Of a stretch of 64,000 bases of DNA, positions 18,566-28,744 are shown one piece after another. The notes beneath the pieces are model-generated. The model saw only the letters and a program-made list of their open reading frames with translations, made no database searches and was not told where the DNA came from. Location of the stretch: the NCBI GenBank assembly GCA_964540635.1, contig CAZINP010000002.1, forward strand, positions 20,963 through 84,962, read 5' to 3'. Position 1 is the first letter of the stretch, and the number at the start of each line of letters is the position of its first letter. The translations under genes were made by a program, and so were the position numbers. The DNA comes from an uncultured Gammaproteobacteria bacterium. Its GTDB lineage: Bacteria; Patescibacteriota; Patescibacteriia; Buchananbacterales; UBA6539.

Positions 18566-19680
18566 AATTAGCCTTAGTGCACGATCATTTAATTCAGGAC
18601 GGCGGCGCAGAAAGAGTTTTGGATGTTTTTGCCGGAATGTACCCCGAAGCCTCAATTTATACCTTGCTTTATGATGAAAAAAAGATGGGTCACCTTTTTT
18701 CTAAGGAGAAAGTAAAAACTTCTTTTTTGCAAAATTGGCCCGGGTCGTTAACTCATTATCAGTGGTTTTTGCCGTTCATGCCTACGGCCACAGAAAGCTA
18801 CGATTTAATGGATTATGATGTTGTTTTATCAAGCTGTTCGGCAATGGCCAAGGGTGTAATTTCCAGATCAAATACCTTGCATTTTTGTTATTGTCATACG
18901 CCAACAAGATATTTATGGTCAGATACTCACAGATACCTTGAAGAGTTAAAATATAATCGTTTGATTAAAAAATTTATACCGACGGTTTTGACAAACTTGA
19001 GAACCTGGGATCAAATCGCGGCAAATCGCGTTGATTATTTTATTGCCAATTCAAAAAATGTGGCTGATCGCATTAAAAAATATTATCGTCGAGACAGCAT
19101 TATTATTCATCCTCCAGTTGAGACGGATAAATTTTTTATTTCAGATAAAATTGGGAACTATTTTTTGACCGGCGGCAGATTGGTGGCCTATAAAAGATTT
19201 GATATCGCAATTAAAGCTTTCAATCGTCTTGGAATCCCTTTGAAAATTTTTGGCACCGGGCCGGAAGAAGAAAATTTGAAAAAAATGGCAAAAGGCAATA
19301 TCGAATTTTTAGGTAAGATTGATTTTGAGGAATTGAAACTTCAATATTCAAAGGCGATTGCTTTCGTGCATCCGCAAATTGAAGATTTTGGAATTACGGC
19401 AGTAGAATCAATGGCTTCCGGTCGGCCCACCATTGCCTTTGCAGCCGGTGGCGCGTGCGAAACCGTGGTTGAAGGAAAAACCGGAACATTTTTTGAAGAT
19501 CAAACGTGGGAATCATTGGCTGACACAGTGGCCAGATTTAAGCCGGATGAATTTAATCCTCAGCAAATCAAAGATTATGCCCAGCAGTTTGGAGTAGAGA
19601 GATTCAAGTCAGAAATTAATACCCTGATTCAAACTGAATGGGAAAAATTAAAAAATTCACAAATTAAATGCGGCTTTTAG
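18562..19680 (+). CDS. GT4 glycosyltransferase (WbaZ-like mannosyltransferase)
   Basis: GGAERV, YCHTPTRY, EDFGITAVESMASG; start moved to ATG 18562. Confidence 0.9.
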   Translation: MKLALVHDHLIQDGGAERVLDVFAGMYPEASIYTLLYDEKKMGHLFSKEKVKTSFLQNWPGSLTHYQWFLPFMPTATESYDLMDYDVVLSSCSAMAKGVISRSNTLHFCYCHTPTRYLWSDTHRYLEELKYNRLIKKFIPTVLTNLRTWDQIAANRVDYFIANSKNVADRIKKYYRRDSIIIHPPVETDKFFISDKIGNYFLTGGRLVAYKRFDIAIKAFNRLGIPLKIFGTGPEEENLKKMAKGNIEFLGKIDFEELKLQYSKAIAFVHPQIEDFGITAVESMASGRPTIAFAAGGACETVVEGKTGTFFEDQTWESLADTVARFKPDEFNPQQIKDYAQQFGVERFKSEINTLIQTEWEKLKNSQIKCGF

Positions 19681-19684
19681 GGCT

Positions 19685-20809
19685 ATGAGAATTGGTGTTG
19701 ACATTAGATGCCTTCTGGAATCAAAGTATTCCGGCATCAGCGAATATACTTATAATCTTTTAGATAATCTTTTTAAGATTGATCAGGACAATCAATACAT
19801 TTTATTTTACAATGCTTCAAAGAAATCAAAATTACCTGAATTTAATTATTCTAACGTAAAAATTGTTGGTTATAATTTTCCTAATAAATTTTTTAATTTA
19901 TCGCTTAGATTTTTAAAGATTGCTCAAGTTGATAAAATGATTGGCGGAGTTGATGTTTTTTTAATCCCAAATTATTTATTTTTAAATTTATCAAAAGATT
20001 GCAGAAAGGTTTTAATTGTTCACGATTTGTCATTTAAACTTTATCCTGAATTTTTTACCTTAAAGCGAAAACTTTGGCACAAGCTGATCTCTCCCAAAAA
20101 AATGTCACAATCGGTTGATCGAATTGTTGCAATATCAGAAAATACTAAAAATGATTTAATCAAGCACTATGGAATTCCTAAAGATAAAATTGAAGTGGTG
20201 TACCCGGGTATTAGCCAAGCATTTTTTAATAAAATTGATGATGAAGAAAAAATCAGAGTAAAGAATCGATACAATTTGCCTGAAAATTTTGTTTATTACT
20301 TAGGCAACCTTGAACCCAGAAAAAACGTTGAAAGCCTGATTATGGCTTTTGAGCAAATAGAAGATGAAAATCTATCACTTGTTTTAGCCGGAAGCCATGC
20401 TTGGAAATATAAAAAAATAAATCAATTATGGCAAAAATCACCAGCTAAAAAACGAATAAAATTTTTGGGTTATGTTGATTCGGCTGATAAACCAGCTCTA
20501 TATAGTTTGGCCAAAGTTTTTGTTTATCCTTCAATTTATGAGGGTTTTGGGCTGCCACCCGTGGAAGCGATGTCTTGCAATACACCAGTTATTTCAAGCT
20601 CAAATTCTTCTCTGGTTGAGTCGGTGGCTGACGCCGGCATTTTAGTTGACCCTAATAATATAAACGATATTTCCAAGGCGATAAATTTGGTAGTTGAAGA
20701 CGAACAATTGGCCAATAACTTAAGAATTGCCGGTGCCTCTCAGGCACAAAAATTTAAATGGGAATTTACAGCTGAAAAAATTAAAAAGATTTTGGAGGAA
20801 AGGGGATGA
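19685..20809 (+). CDS. GT4 glycosyltransferase (MtfB-like)
   Basis: GNLEPRKN, YEGFGLPPVEAM. Confidence 0.9.
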   Translation: MRIGVDIRCLLESKYSGISEYTYNLLDNLFKIDQDNQYILFYNASKKSKLPEFNYSNVKIVGYNFPNKFFNLSLRFLKIAQVDKMIGGVDVFLIPNYLFLNLSKDCRKVLIVHDLSFKLYPEFFTLKRKLWHKLISPKKMSQSVDRIVAISENTKNDLIKHYGIPKDKIEVVYPGISQAFFNKIDDEEKIRVKNRYNLPENFVYYLGNLEPRKNVESLIMAFEQIEDENLSLVLAGSHAWKYKKINQLWQKSPAKKRIKFLGYVDSADKPALYSLAKVFVYPSIYEGFGLPPVEAMSCNTPVISSSNSSLVESVADAGILVDPNNINDISKAINLVVEDEQLANNLRIAGASQAQKFKWEFTAEKIKKILEERG

Positions 20810-21921
20810 GGATCGGAATTGACGCGCGAATGTTTGGACCGGAGAGCACGACTGGCATTGGTGCTTATATTAAAAATCTGATTGAAGAACTGTTACTCAT
20901 TGATAATAAAAATGAGTATGTTTTATTTTTAAAAGAACCGGTTTATTCATCATACATTTGCCCGAACGAAAGAGTGAAAAAAGTAAAAGTAGATATACCG
21001 TGGTATTCTTTATCAGAGCAATTAAAGTTTCCCTTTATTTTGTTTAAAGAAAATTTGGATTTGGTACATTTTCCACATTTTAATGCGGCCGTTTTTTATC
21101 CGAAAAAATTTATCGTTACAGTTCACGACATCACGCCGAGATTCTTCCCCGGACCATTGGCTAAAAAAAATATTTTAAGAAGAATCGGCTATAATTTGGT
21201 TTTTAAATTAAGTGTTTTGCGTGCTAAAAAGATTATTACTATTTCAGAGCATACGAAAAATAATTTGATAAATTACTATAAAATTAATCCCAATAAAATT
21301 GAAATTACTTACCTCGGCGTCAATGATTCATTTCAGCCGGTTACTGACAGTCAGCAATTAGTAAATGTTAAAAATAAATATAGAATTTCTAAGCCCTTTA
21401 TTCTTTATCTTGGTGTTTGGCGCGATCATAAAAATTTACCAAATTTAATTCACGCTTTTGAAATTTTAAAAAAGGGTGGGTTGGACGCACAATTGGTTTT
21501 GGGCGGTCAGCCGGATGAACGTTATCCGGAAATAAATTTGACGATAGAAAAATCAGAATTTAAAGAAGACATAGTTTGCCCAGGTTTTGTGGATCAAATT
21601 GATTTGCCTGCCCTCTATACTGCGGCTGAAATTTTTGCCTTACCTTCATTTTGCGAAGGCTTTGGTCTCGTGGCTCTTGAGGCTTTATCTTGCAATACGC
21701 CCGTGGTTGCTTCAAATACAACCAGTTTACCCGAGATTTTAAAAGGAAATGCAAAATATTTTGATCCGCATAATTCAAAGCAAATGGCGGAGGTGATTTT
21801 AAATGTTTTGTCTGATGAGCTGTATCGCAAAAACGTTAGGAATGGCTATCAGGAACTAAGTAAAATATATAAATGGAAAAAAACAGCCGAGGAAACTTTA
21901 AATATTTACACCAAGACTTGA
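20806..21921 (+). CDS. GT4 glycosyltransferase (MtfB-like)
   Basis: MRIGIDAR, HKNL, EGFGLVALEAL. Confidence 0.9.
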   Translation: MRIGIDARMFGPESTTGIGAYIKNLIEELLLIDNKNEYVLFLKEPVYSSYICPNERVKKVKVDIPWYSLSEQLKFPFILFKENLDLVHFPHFNAAVFYPKKFIVTVHDITPRFFPGPLAKKNILRRIGYNLVFKLSVLRAKKIITISEHTKNNLINYYKINPNKIEITYLGVNDSFQPVTDSQQLVNVKNKYRISKPFILYLGVWRDHKNLPNLIHAFEILKKGGLDAQLVLGGQPDERYPEINLTIEKSEFKEDIVCPGFVDQIDLPALYTAAEIFALPSFCEGFGLVALEALSCNTPVVASNTTSLPEILKGNAKYFDPHNSKQMAEVILNVLSDELYRKNVRNGYQELSKIYKWKKTAEETLNIYTKT

Positions 21922-21965
21922 TTTATGTTATAATTTATTATTATCAATAGATAAAGATAAATATA

Positions 21966-24635
21966 ATGCCAGTCAAAAAACAAAAACAAAAAAAATCTGC
22001 CAAAATCACCAAGAAAAAGATTGTAAAAAAGGCTAAAAGTTTAAAGAATACGGCAAAAAATGCAAAACAGATGAAAGGCTCTAGTGCTAAGGTTGCAAAA
22101 AAGTTAATTAAAGCAAAAAAGACGTCAGTAAAGAAAGTAATTGCCAAAAGAATTAAACATGCAACAAAGTCGAAGGTAAATAAAGTAAAGTCAAGCGATT
22201 TTGTGGGTAAAGTAAATAACTTTAAAAAACAGGATTCATCTGATTCTGTTTTTTTTGCTAAAAAAAGCAAAAAAGCCGAAAATATTTTACAAGAAAAGGT
22301 CGTTAAAACACCCTTACTTTTGGCGCCTGTTAAGGAAAATCATACCGAAGAGTTAATCTTGAGTAAAATCGAGGAACGGGTTGTTCATTTGGAGGATGAG
22401 GTAAGGGAAGAAGATGTGGCTCAACTGGATATTTACCCCGCAAAAATCGAACCAACCTTACAGTATTTGCAAGAGTTAAAAGATGTGAGAATTTTACCGC
22501 AAAAGCATAAAGTGAATTTTTTATCCGGCAACAGTTTTGTTTCCAGATTGCGAGAGCTTGTTAATCCAACGTATAAGCCGGAATTGGTTTTTTCTAATCT
22601 TGATTACGTGCACGAATCAGAAGAAATTGAGGATGTTTTTGCTAAGCCGCAAAAAAATAATTTGTTCCAGTTTAATTATCAAAAAAATTGGCAGCTTAAG
22701 GTTGTCGGATTCTTTTTGGCCGCAATTTTGGTTGTGGCGCCACTGCAAACTTTTTCCTATTATCAAAATTTGGTAAGTACAAAAGACAGAATATTGTACA
22801 TGACTAACGAAGCGATCAATAATTTAAAACTGGGTGAATCGGCGGCAAGAAATTTGGATTTATTCGGTGCAAGCAACCAGTTCGGGCAAGCCAAAGATAA
22901 GTTCGGCCAAGCCCGCCAAGAAGTTGATAATTTAGGCGATTTGACCACGGAAATTTTAAAAATATTGCCCAATGAAAATAGAACAGTTGAATCCGGCGTT
23001 GCTCTTTTGGAGGCAGGGCAATTGATTTCAGAGTCGGGTGAAATTTTGGCAAAAAGCGTTGGAAATGTTTTAGATAATGGTAATTACGATAATTACTATC
23101 AATCTTTGCAGGTTTTTAGGGTTGATTTGTCAATTATAATCCAAAAATATTACCAGGCAAAAGAAAAACTCAAGTCGGTTGATCCGAAAAGTCTTCCAGC
23201 CGAACACCGTGAAAAAATGGCTACTTTGTTAAAATATTTACCGACCGTTGAAAATGGATTAACCGAACTTTATGGCATTACCGATTCAATGCTTTATGCG
23301 CTTGGCGATAAGCAGTGGCAACGCTATCTCTTTATTTTTGTAAACAATAATGAATTGCGAGCCACCGGTGGCTTTCAAGGCTCTTTTGCTTTGGTTGATG
23401 TTGACAGGGGAAAGATTAAAAATATGTCTATCCCGGCTGGTGGAACATATGATATTCAGGGTCAGCTTGTGCCAAGAGTTATTTCCCCAGAACCCCTTCA
23501 TTTAATCAATCCTCGCTGGGAATTTCAAGATTCAAATTGGTGGCCGGATTATCCGACTTCGGCCAAAAAAATCGCCTGGTTCTATACTAACGCCAATAAT
23601 CCTTCAGTTGATGGCGTGATTACCATTTCATCAAATATGATGATTGAATTATTAAAGATTTTTGGACCGATTGAAATGCCCGAATATAATCGCACAATTA
23701 CTGCTGAAAATTTTGAACTTGAAACCCAAAAAATCGTTGAGTTAGAATATGATAAAAAAGTAAATCGACCAAAACAATTTTTAGCAGATTTAGCGCCAAA
23801 ATTAATTGAGAAATTATTCACCGCCGACAAGGAACAGGCCAAAAAATTATTTGAAGCCGCCATTAAAGGCTTAAATGAAAGGCATTTGCTGGTTTATTTT
23901 AATCGGCCTGATTTACAGAAAATTGTTACTGATTTTGGTTGGAGCGGGGAATTGAGGCAAACACAAGGCGACTTTTTGTCTGTTATCCACACAAATATTG
24001 CCGGCGGTAAAACTGATGAAGTTATTGATGATGAAATTAGGCATATCGCTGAGGTTCAGTCTGACGGCTCAATTATTGATACAGTTACAATTATTCGCAA
24101 ACACAATGGTATTCCAAACTCAAATCCTTTTTATGGTGTCCAAAATAATGATTATGTAAGAATCTACGTACCTCTAGGCAGCAGTTTGCTTGAAGCGAGG
24201 GGATTCAAAAGACCGCCTGAAAAGCTTTTTGACAAGCCGTCGTCTGATTTGACTTATGACCAAGATTTGCTTGAAGTTGACACTCAGCAAGAAAAAGATC
24301 CGGTCTCGGGCACTGATATTTATAATGAAAGCGGAAAAACCGTTTTTGGCAATTGGCTAATGCTGCCCGCCGGTTCAATTGGAGAAGTTACCATTAAATA
24401 TAAACTTCCATTCAAACTTGATTCAAGTTCGGCCAATACTTATTTTTACAGTCTTTTGGTGCAAAAACAGTCTGGTACCAAGGACGTAAAAATTATGAGC
24501 AATTTAATTTTAAACGATAATTTTAAAATTGTTGCGAAATTTCCTTCCAATCTTGCGCAAGAAAATAATCAAGTAAATTTCAGTTCAGACTTAAATGTTG
24601 ATCAATTTTATGGTGTTGCATTGGTAAATAAATAA
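21966..24635 (+). CDS. DUF4012-domain membrane-anchored protein with Lys-rich N-terminal tail
   Basis: NNNELRATGGF, DSNWWPDYPTSA, VDGVI, YVRIYVPLGS motifs; one TM near aa 250. Confidence 0.8.
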   Translation: MPVKKQKQKKSAKITKKKIVKKAKSLKNTAKNAKQMKGSSAKVAKKLIKAKKTSVKKVIAKRIKHATKSKVNKVKSSDFVGKVNNFKKQDSSDSVFFAKKSKKAENILQEKVVKTPLLLAPVKENHTEELILSKIEERVVHLEDEVREEDVAQLDIYPAKIEPTLQYLQELKDVRILPQKHKVNFLSGNSFVSRLRELVNPTYKPELVFSNLDYVHESEEIEDVFAKPQKNNLFQFNYQKNWQLKVVGFFLAAILVVAPLQTFSYYQNLVSTKDRILYMTNEAINNLKLGESAARNLDLFGASNQFGQAKDKFGQARQEVDNLGDLTTEILKILPNENRTVESGVALLEAGQLISESGEILAKSVGNVLDNGNYDNYYQSLQVFRVDLSIIIQKYYQAKEKLKSVDPKSLPAEHREKMATLLKYLPTVENGLTELYGITDSMLYALGDKQWQRYLFIFVNNNELRATGGFQGSFALVDVDRGKIKNMSIPAGGTYDIQGQLVPRVISPEPLHLINPRWEFQDSNWWPDYPTSAKKIAWFYTNANNPSVDGVITISSNMMIELLKIFGPIEMPEYNRTITAENFELETQKIVELEYDKKVNRPKQFLADLAPKLIEKLFTADKEQAKKLFEAAIKGLNERHLLVYFNRPDLQKIVTDFGWSGELRQTQGDFLSVIHTNIAGGKTDEVIDDEIRHIAEVQSDGSIIDTVTIIRKHNGIPNSNPFYGVQNNDYVRIYVPLGSSLLEARGFKRPPEKLFDKPSSDLTYDQDLLEVDTQQEKDPVSGTDIYNESGKTVFGNWLMLPAGSIGEVTIKYKLPFKLDSSSANTYFYSLLVQKQSGTKDVKIMSNLILNDNFKIVAKFPSNLAQENNQVNFSSDLNVDQFYGVALVNK

Positions 24636-24644
24636 TTTATATAT

Positions 24645-26543
24645 ATGGCAAAAGATAAATTCAGAACAAAAAAGGAAGCTAAATTGATTTCGGAAAACGT
24701 CAAAAAGGGATTGATGTCAATTTATACAAACGGCGACGGGTCAATGCCGGATATTTCTCATTTAGAGGTTCAGCACAGATCAAGATTAAAAGCATTTTTT
24801 ATTGGTATCATCATTGTTTCTTTGGTTTTATCCTCGGTTACGTGGCTTGGCTTTATTTTATTTAATCCAAACAAGACAAATGCAAACAAAAGCATTCAGC
24901 TTCAATTTGACGCACCGCAAGATGTGGCCTCCGGTGACGAGGTTACTTATACTTTGAACTATAAAAATATTGATAAAGTCGGCCTAAAAAATGTTGAAAT
25001 AATGGTAAGATACCCCGATGGTTTTGAGTATATATCAGCCGATCCGGTGCCGGATAATACTTACAATACATCATGGAAAATTGGTGATTTATCAAAGGGT
25101 GATTCAGGAATGATAACCATAAAGGGCAAGTTAATTGGTTCGGTGGGTGAGATTAAGACAATCACAGCAACTGCCTCGTTTAGACCGGAAAATTTTAGTT
25201 CGGATTTTAAAGAGGGTTCTCAGTTTAGCCACCAGATAACATCGTCCATTCTTGAACTTGCCGTTGAAGGGCCCGACAAAGTATTGCCGCAGAAGAAATC
25301 AACTTATAAAATTACTTATAAAAATAATTCAGAGCAGGATTTAAGCAATATAAAAATAATTGCCGTTTATCCTGACAATTTTATTTTTCAAGAATCTGAC
25401 CCTAAAACTTACCAATCAGAAGGCGGTCAAGCTTTAAATAATGAGTGGCGCCTAGAGACTATCCCTAAAAAATCAGAAGGAGTAATTGAGATAACCGGCG
25501 GTTTCGTTACGGATCAGAAACAAAGTCTTGCCAATATGAAATTCCAAATCGGATTTATTGATGATAATTCTGATTTCTCACTCCAACACGAAAAAACATT
25601 CCAAACCGAAGTGATTGATGCAAATTTGAATTTGAATTTAATCATAAACGGATCAACTCAAAATCAACCGATTGTTTTCGGTCAGACATTAACATACTCT
25701 TTGACTTACAAAAATATTGGCCAAAAGGAGCTGGATGATGTTTCTTTTTCGGTCTCAATTGATTCGGATATTGTTGACTGGGAAACGCTTGAAGATAAAA
25801 ATGGCGGCAAAAGAGACGGCAATCAAATAACTTGGAATAAGGATCAAATATCTCAGTTTGATCTTATTAGGCCCTTGGATGAAGGTACGATTGATTTTTC
25901 AATTAAAGTTAAAGAAGGCGCTCGAGTTGATTTAAGTAAGGTTAAATTAATTGTTCTCAGTAAGGCAGTGGCAACAATTAGTAAGATTGGCGATATTGAA
26001 TCTCCGGATGTAAAAATAGAATCACCCGAAATTCAAAATAATGTTAACACGGATATTGATTTAAAAGTTGAGGGCAGATATTTTGATGACGACAATATGG
26101 CGGTTGGCACCGGTCCTTTGCCGCCGGTAGTTGGTCAAGAAACAACATTTAGAATTTATTGGTCGATCTCTAACAGTCTTCATGATGTCTCGGACGTGAT
26201 CGTAAAAGCCGTTTTACCGCAAGGGGTTGATTGGCATGACAAACAGTACATTAAAACCGGCAATTTAAAATATGACCCGTCAAGCCGCGAAGTGACTTGG
26301 ACTATCGGTAGAATTTCGCCAAATAAATCATACGAAGATGTAAATTGCTGGTTTGACCTTTCGGTTGTTCCAACCGAAAGTCAGGTTAAAAAGTTGATTA
26401 TTTTGATTGATCAGGCAACATTAACAGCCACCGACAAGTCAACCGATTCAGAAATTACAAAGACCGCCAAAGCCGTAACTTCAAATTTAGACGATGACGT
26501 GGTTGGCGGCGGTAAAGGGTTGGTGATTGATATTACCGAATAG
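24645..26543 (+). CDS. Membrane-anchored protein with repeated DUF11-like beta-sandwich domains
   Basis: Single TM then repeats of Y...YKN......L.NV.I...YP..F. Confidence 0.65.
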   Translation: MAKDKFRTKKEAKLISENVKKGLMSIYTNGDGSMPDISHLEVQHRSRLKAFFIGIIIVSLVLSSVTWLGFILFNPNKTNANKSIQLQFDAPQDVASGDEVTYTLNYKNIDKVGLKNVEIMVRYPDGFEYISADPVPDNTYNTSWKIGDLSKGDSGMITIKGKLIGSVGEIKTITATASFRPENFSSDFKEGSQFSHQITSSILELAVEGPDKVLPQKKSTYKITYKNNSEQDLSNIKIIAVYPDNFIFQESDPKTYQSEGGQALNNEWRLETIPKKSEGVIEITGGFVTDQKQSLANMKFQIGFIDDNSDFSLQHEKTFQTEVIDANLNLNLIINGSTQNQPIVFGQTLTYSLTYKNIGQKELDDVSFSVSIDSDIVDWETLEDKNGGKRDGNQITWNKDQISQFDLIRPLDEGTIDFSIKVKEGARVDLSKVKLIVLSKAVATISKIGDIESPDVKIESPEIQNNVNTDIDLKVEGRYFDDDNMAVGTGPLPPVVGQETTFRIYWSISNSLHDVSDVIVKAVLPQGVDWHDKQYIKTGNLKYDPSSREVTWTIGRISPNKSYEDVNCWFDLSVVPTESQVKKLIILIDQATLTATDKSTDSEITKTAKAVTSNLDDDVVGGGKGLVIDITE

Positions 26544-26558
26544 AATTAAAAGTTTGGT

Positions 26559-27635
26559 ATGTTTAAAGTTATAAAGAAATCAAAAAAATCTAAAGCCAGG
26601 TTAACTCAATTGGAAACGTCTCATGGTAAAATCATGGGGCCTTTCTTTATGCCGATTGCGACAAAAGCGGCGGTAAAAAACATATCTGTCAACGAAATTA
26701 CCAATTTGGGTTCGCCCATAATCCTTTCAAACACTTATCATCTTTTTTTAGCGCCAGGATCTAAGTTGGTTAAGAGGGCTGGTGGTTTACATAAATTCAT
26801 GAATTGGCGCGGAATAATATTGACTGATTCCGGCGGTTTTCAGGTATTTTCGCTTTCAAAGATAAGGAAAATAACCGAAAAAGGTGTAATATTTTCTGAT
26901 CCTGCAAGCGGAAAAAAACATTTATTAACACCGGAATTATCAATTAAGACTCAGACTGATTTAGGAGTTGATATTGCCATGGCCTTTGATGATGTTATTG
27001 GATTTCCGGCCACTCGCGAAGAAGTTAAAGAGGCAATGGAAAGAACGGCTCGGTGGGCAAAAAGATGTCTGGTAGCAAGAAAAAATAAAAAACCTTTACT
27101 CTTTGGTATTGTTCAAGGCGGCGTATATAAAGATTTAAGAATAAAATCCGCCCAGGATTTAACTGCTTTGAATTTTGATGGTTTTGCGGTCGGTGGCGTA
27201 GCCGTAGGTGAACCGCGAGAAAAAATGAAACAAATTTTAAATTGGACGGTTCCAATTTTACCCGAGAATAAATCTAGATATTTAATGGGTTTGGGGAAAC
27301 CGGAAGAAATAGTTTTGGCTGTAAAGCAGGGGATTGATATGTTTGATTGTGTCATTCCTACTCGCGAAGCGCGCCATGGTCGATTGTATATTTGGGTTAA
27401 CAAAAGCTTGAAGGGTAAATTTTATAAAACAATCAATATTACAAACGCGCGTTATAAAAACGATCTTAAGCCGATTAATGACTCAAACCTCAAGCAATAT
27501 TCAAAAGCATATCTTCATCATTTGTTTAAAACAAATGAGCCATTGGGAATGCGTCTGGCCACGCTTAATAATTTGGATTTTTATTTAACCTTAATGGCGG
27601 AAATTCGCAAACAGATTAAAAACAACAAATTATGA
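26559..27635 (+). CDS. tgt: tRNA-guanine transglycosylase
   Basis: LSNTYHL, TDSGGFQVFSL, GIVQGG, RYLMG, DMFDCVIPTR. Confidence 0.95.
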   Translation: MFKVIKKSKKSKARLTQLETSHGKIMGPFFMPIATKAAVKNISVNEITNLGSPIILSNTYHLFLAPGSKLVKRAGGLHKFMNWRGIILTDSGGFQVFSLSKIRKITEKGVIFSDPASGKKHLLTPELSIKTQTDLGVDIAMAFDDVIGFPATREEVKEAMERTARWAKRCLVARKNKKPLLFGIVQGGVYKDLRIKSAQDLTALNFDGFAVGGVAVGEPREKMKQILNWTVPILPENKSRYLMGLGKPEEIVLAVKQGIDMFDCVIPTREARHGRLYIWVNKSLKGKFYKTINITNARYKNDLKPINDSNLKQYSKAYLHHLFKTNEPLGMRLATLNNLDFYLTLMAEIRKQIKNNKL

Positions 27636-28333
27636 CGGATTTAAAAAGATTAACCCTTGAACTGTTTGATTGTGCTAATCCAAAACAAGCTGCGATTTTG
27701 CAGCGTTTTTTTAAGACCGGCAAAGGTGAATACGGTTGGGGCGACAAATTTTTAGGCATCAAGGTTCCGACCCAAAGACGTATTGCAAAAAAATACGAAT
27801 CACTAAAATTTAATGAGCTTCAAACCCTGTTAAATAGTCGTTACCATGAGCATCGGCTCGTGGCACTCATAATTTTAACCACCAAATTTGCAAAAGCCGA
27901 CGATAAACTAAGAAAAAAAATATTTGATTTCTACTTGAAAAATTATAAAAATATCAATAATTGGGACCTGGTTGATTTAAGTGCGCCAAACATTGTTGGT
28001 ACTTTTTTATTAAATAGACCCAAAAAGACACTTTTCTCTCTGGCTAAATCAAATAATTTATGGAAGAAAAGAATTTCGATTGTCTCCACCCATGCTTTCA
28101 TAAGACAGGGTCGGTTTAAAGAAACTTTAGAGGTATCGCAGGTTTTAATTAACGATAACCACGATTTGATACATAAGGCAATCGGATGGATGCTGCGCGA
28201 GGTGGGAAAAAGAGACAAAAAAACTTTGTCTTTATTCTTGGACAAAAATATCAAAAAAATGTCGCGAACGACTTTGCGATATGCAATTGAAAAATTTCCC
28301 AAAACCGAAAGACTTTACTACCTTAAAAAATAG
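27632..28333 (+). CDS. alkD: DNA alkylation repair glycosylase AlkD family
   Basis: FFKTGKGEYG, NNWDLVD, LIHKAIGWMLREVGK, LRYAIEK. Confidence 0.88.
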   Translation: MTDLKRLTLELFDCANPKQAAILQRFFKTGKGEYGWGDKFLGIKVPTQRRIAKKYESLKFNELQTLLNSRYHEHRLVALIILTTKFAKADDKLRKKIFDFYLKNYKNINNWDLVDLSAPNIVGTFLLNRPKKTLFSLAKSNNLWKKRISIVSTHAFIRQGRFKETLEVSQVLINDNHDLIHKAIGWMLREVGKRDKKTLSLFLDKNIKKMSRTTLRYAIEKFPKTERLYYLKK

Positions 28334-28384
28334 AATTTAGCCCCTTACCACAGCCAATGAATTTTGATATAATATAGATAGATT

Positions 28385-28744
28385 ATGAGCAATAGAATTT
28401 CAAAAAATATAGCCTTAGAGATTTTGCTTGATTTTTTGTTTTGGCCGATTTGGTGGTATTCTGCCGGTTTTTTAAAAGTTTTAACTTCGGCATTCGGACA
28501 AGTTGTCTATCAGTATGAATATCTTGGTTTGGGAGTGTGGATTAAAAATATATTTACGCCAATGTATGGCATGTATGATTGGGAAAGTCGGATTATTAGT
28601 TTTTTGGTCAGAATTGCCCAAATTTTTGTCAGAGGAATTTTATTGATTCTTTGGACGTTTTTCATTTTGTGTGGCGTTATTATTTGGTTGGTTTTGCCGA
28701 TTTTTATTGTCTTTCAAATTTATTCAATTATAATTGTGATTTAA
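28385..28744 (+). CDS. Small membrane protein, putative partner of the downstream Clp ATPase
   Basis: PIWWYS.G...W.KNIF.PMYG..D..R.ISF.VR; abuts next start. Confidence 0.65.
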   Translation: MSNRISKNIALEILLDFLFWPIWWYSAGFLKVLTSAFGQVVYQYEYLGLGVWIKNIFTPMYGMYDWESRIISFLVRIAQIFVRGILLILWTFFILCGVIIWLVLPIFIVFQIYSIIIVI

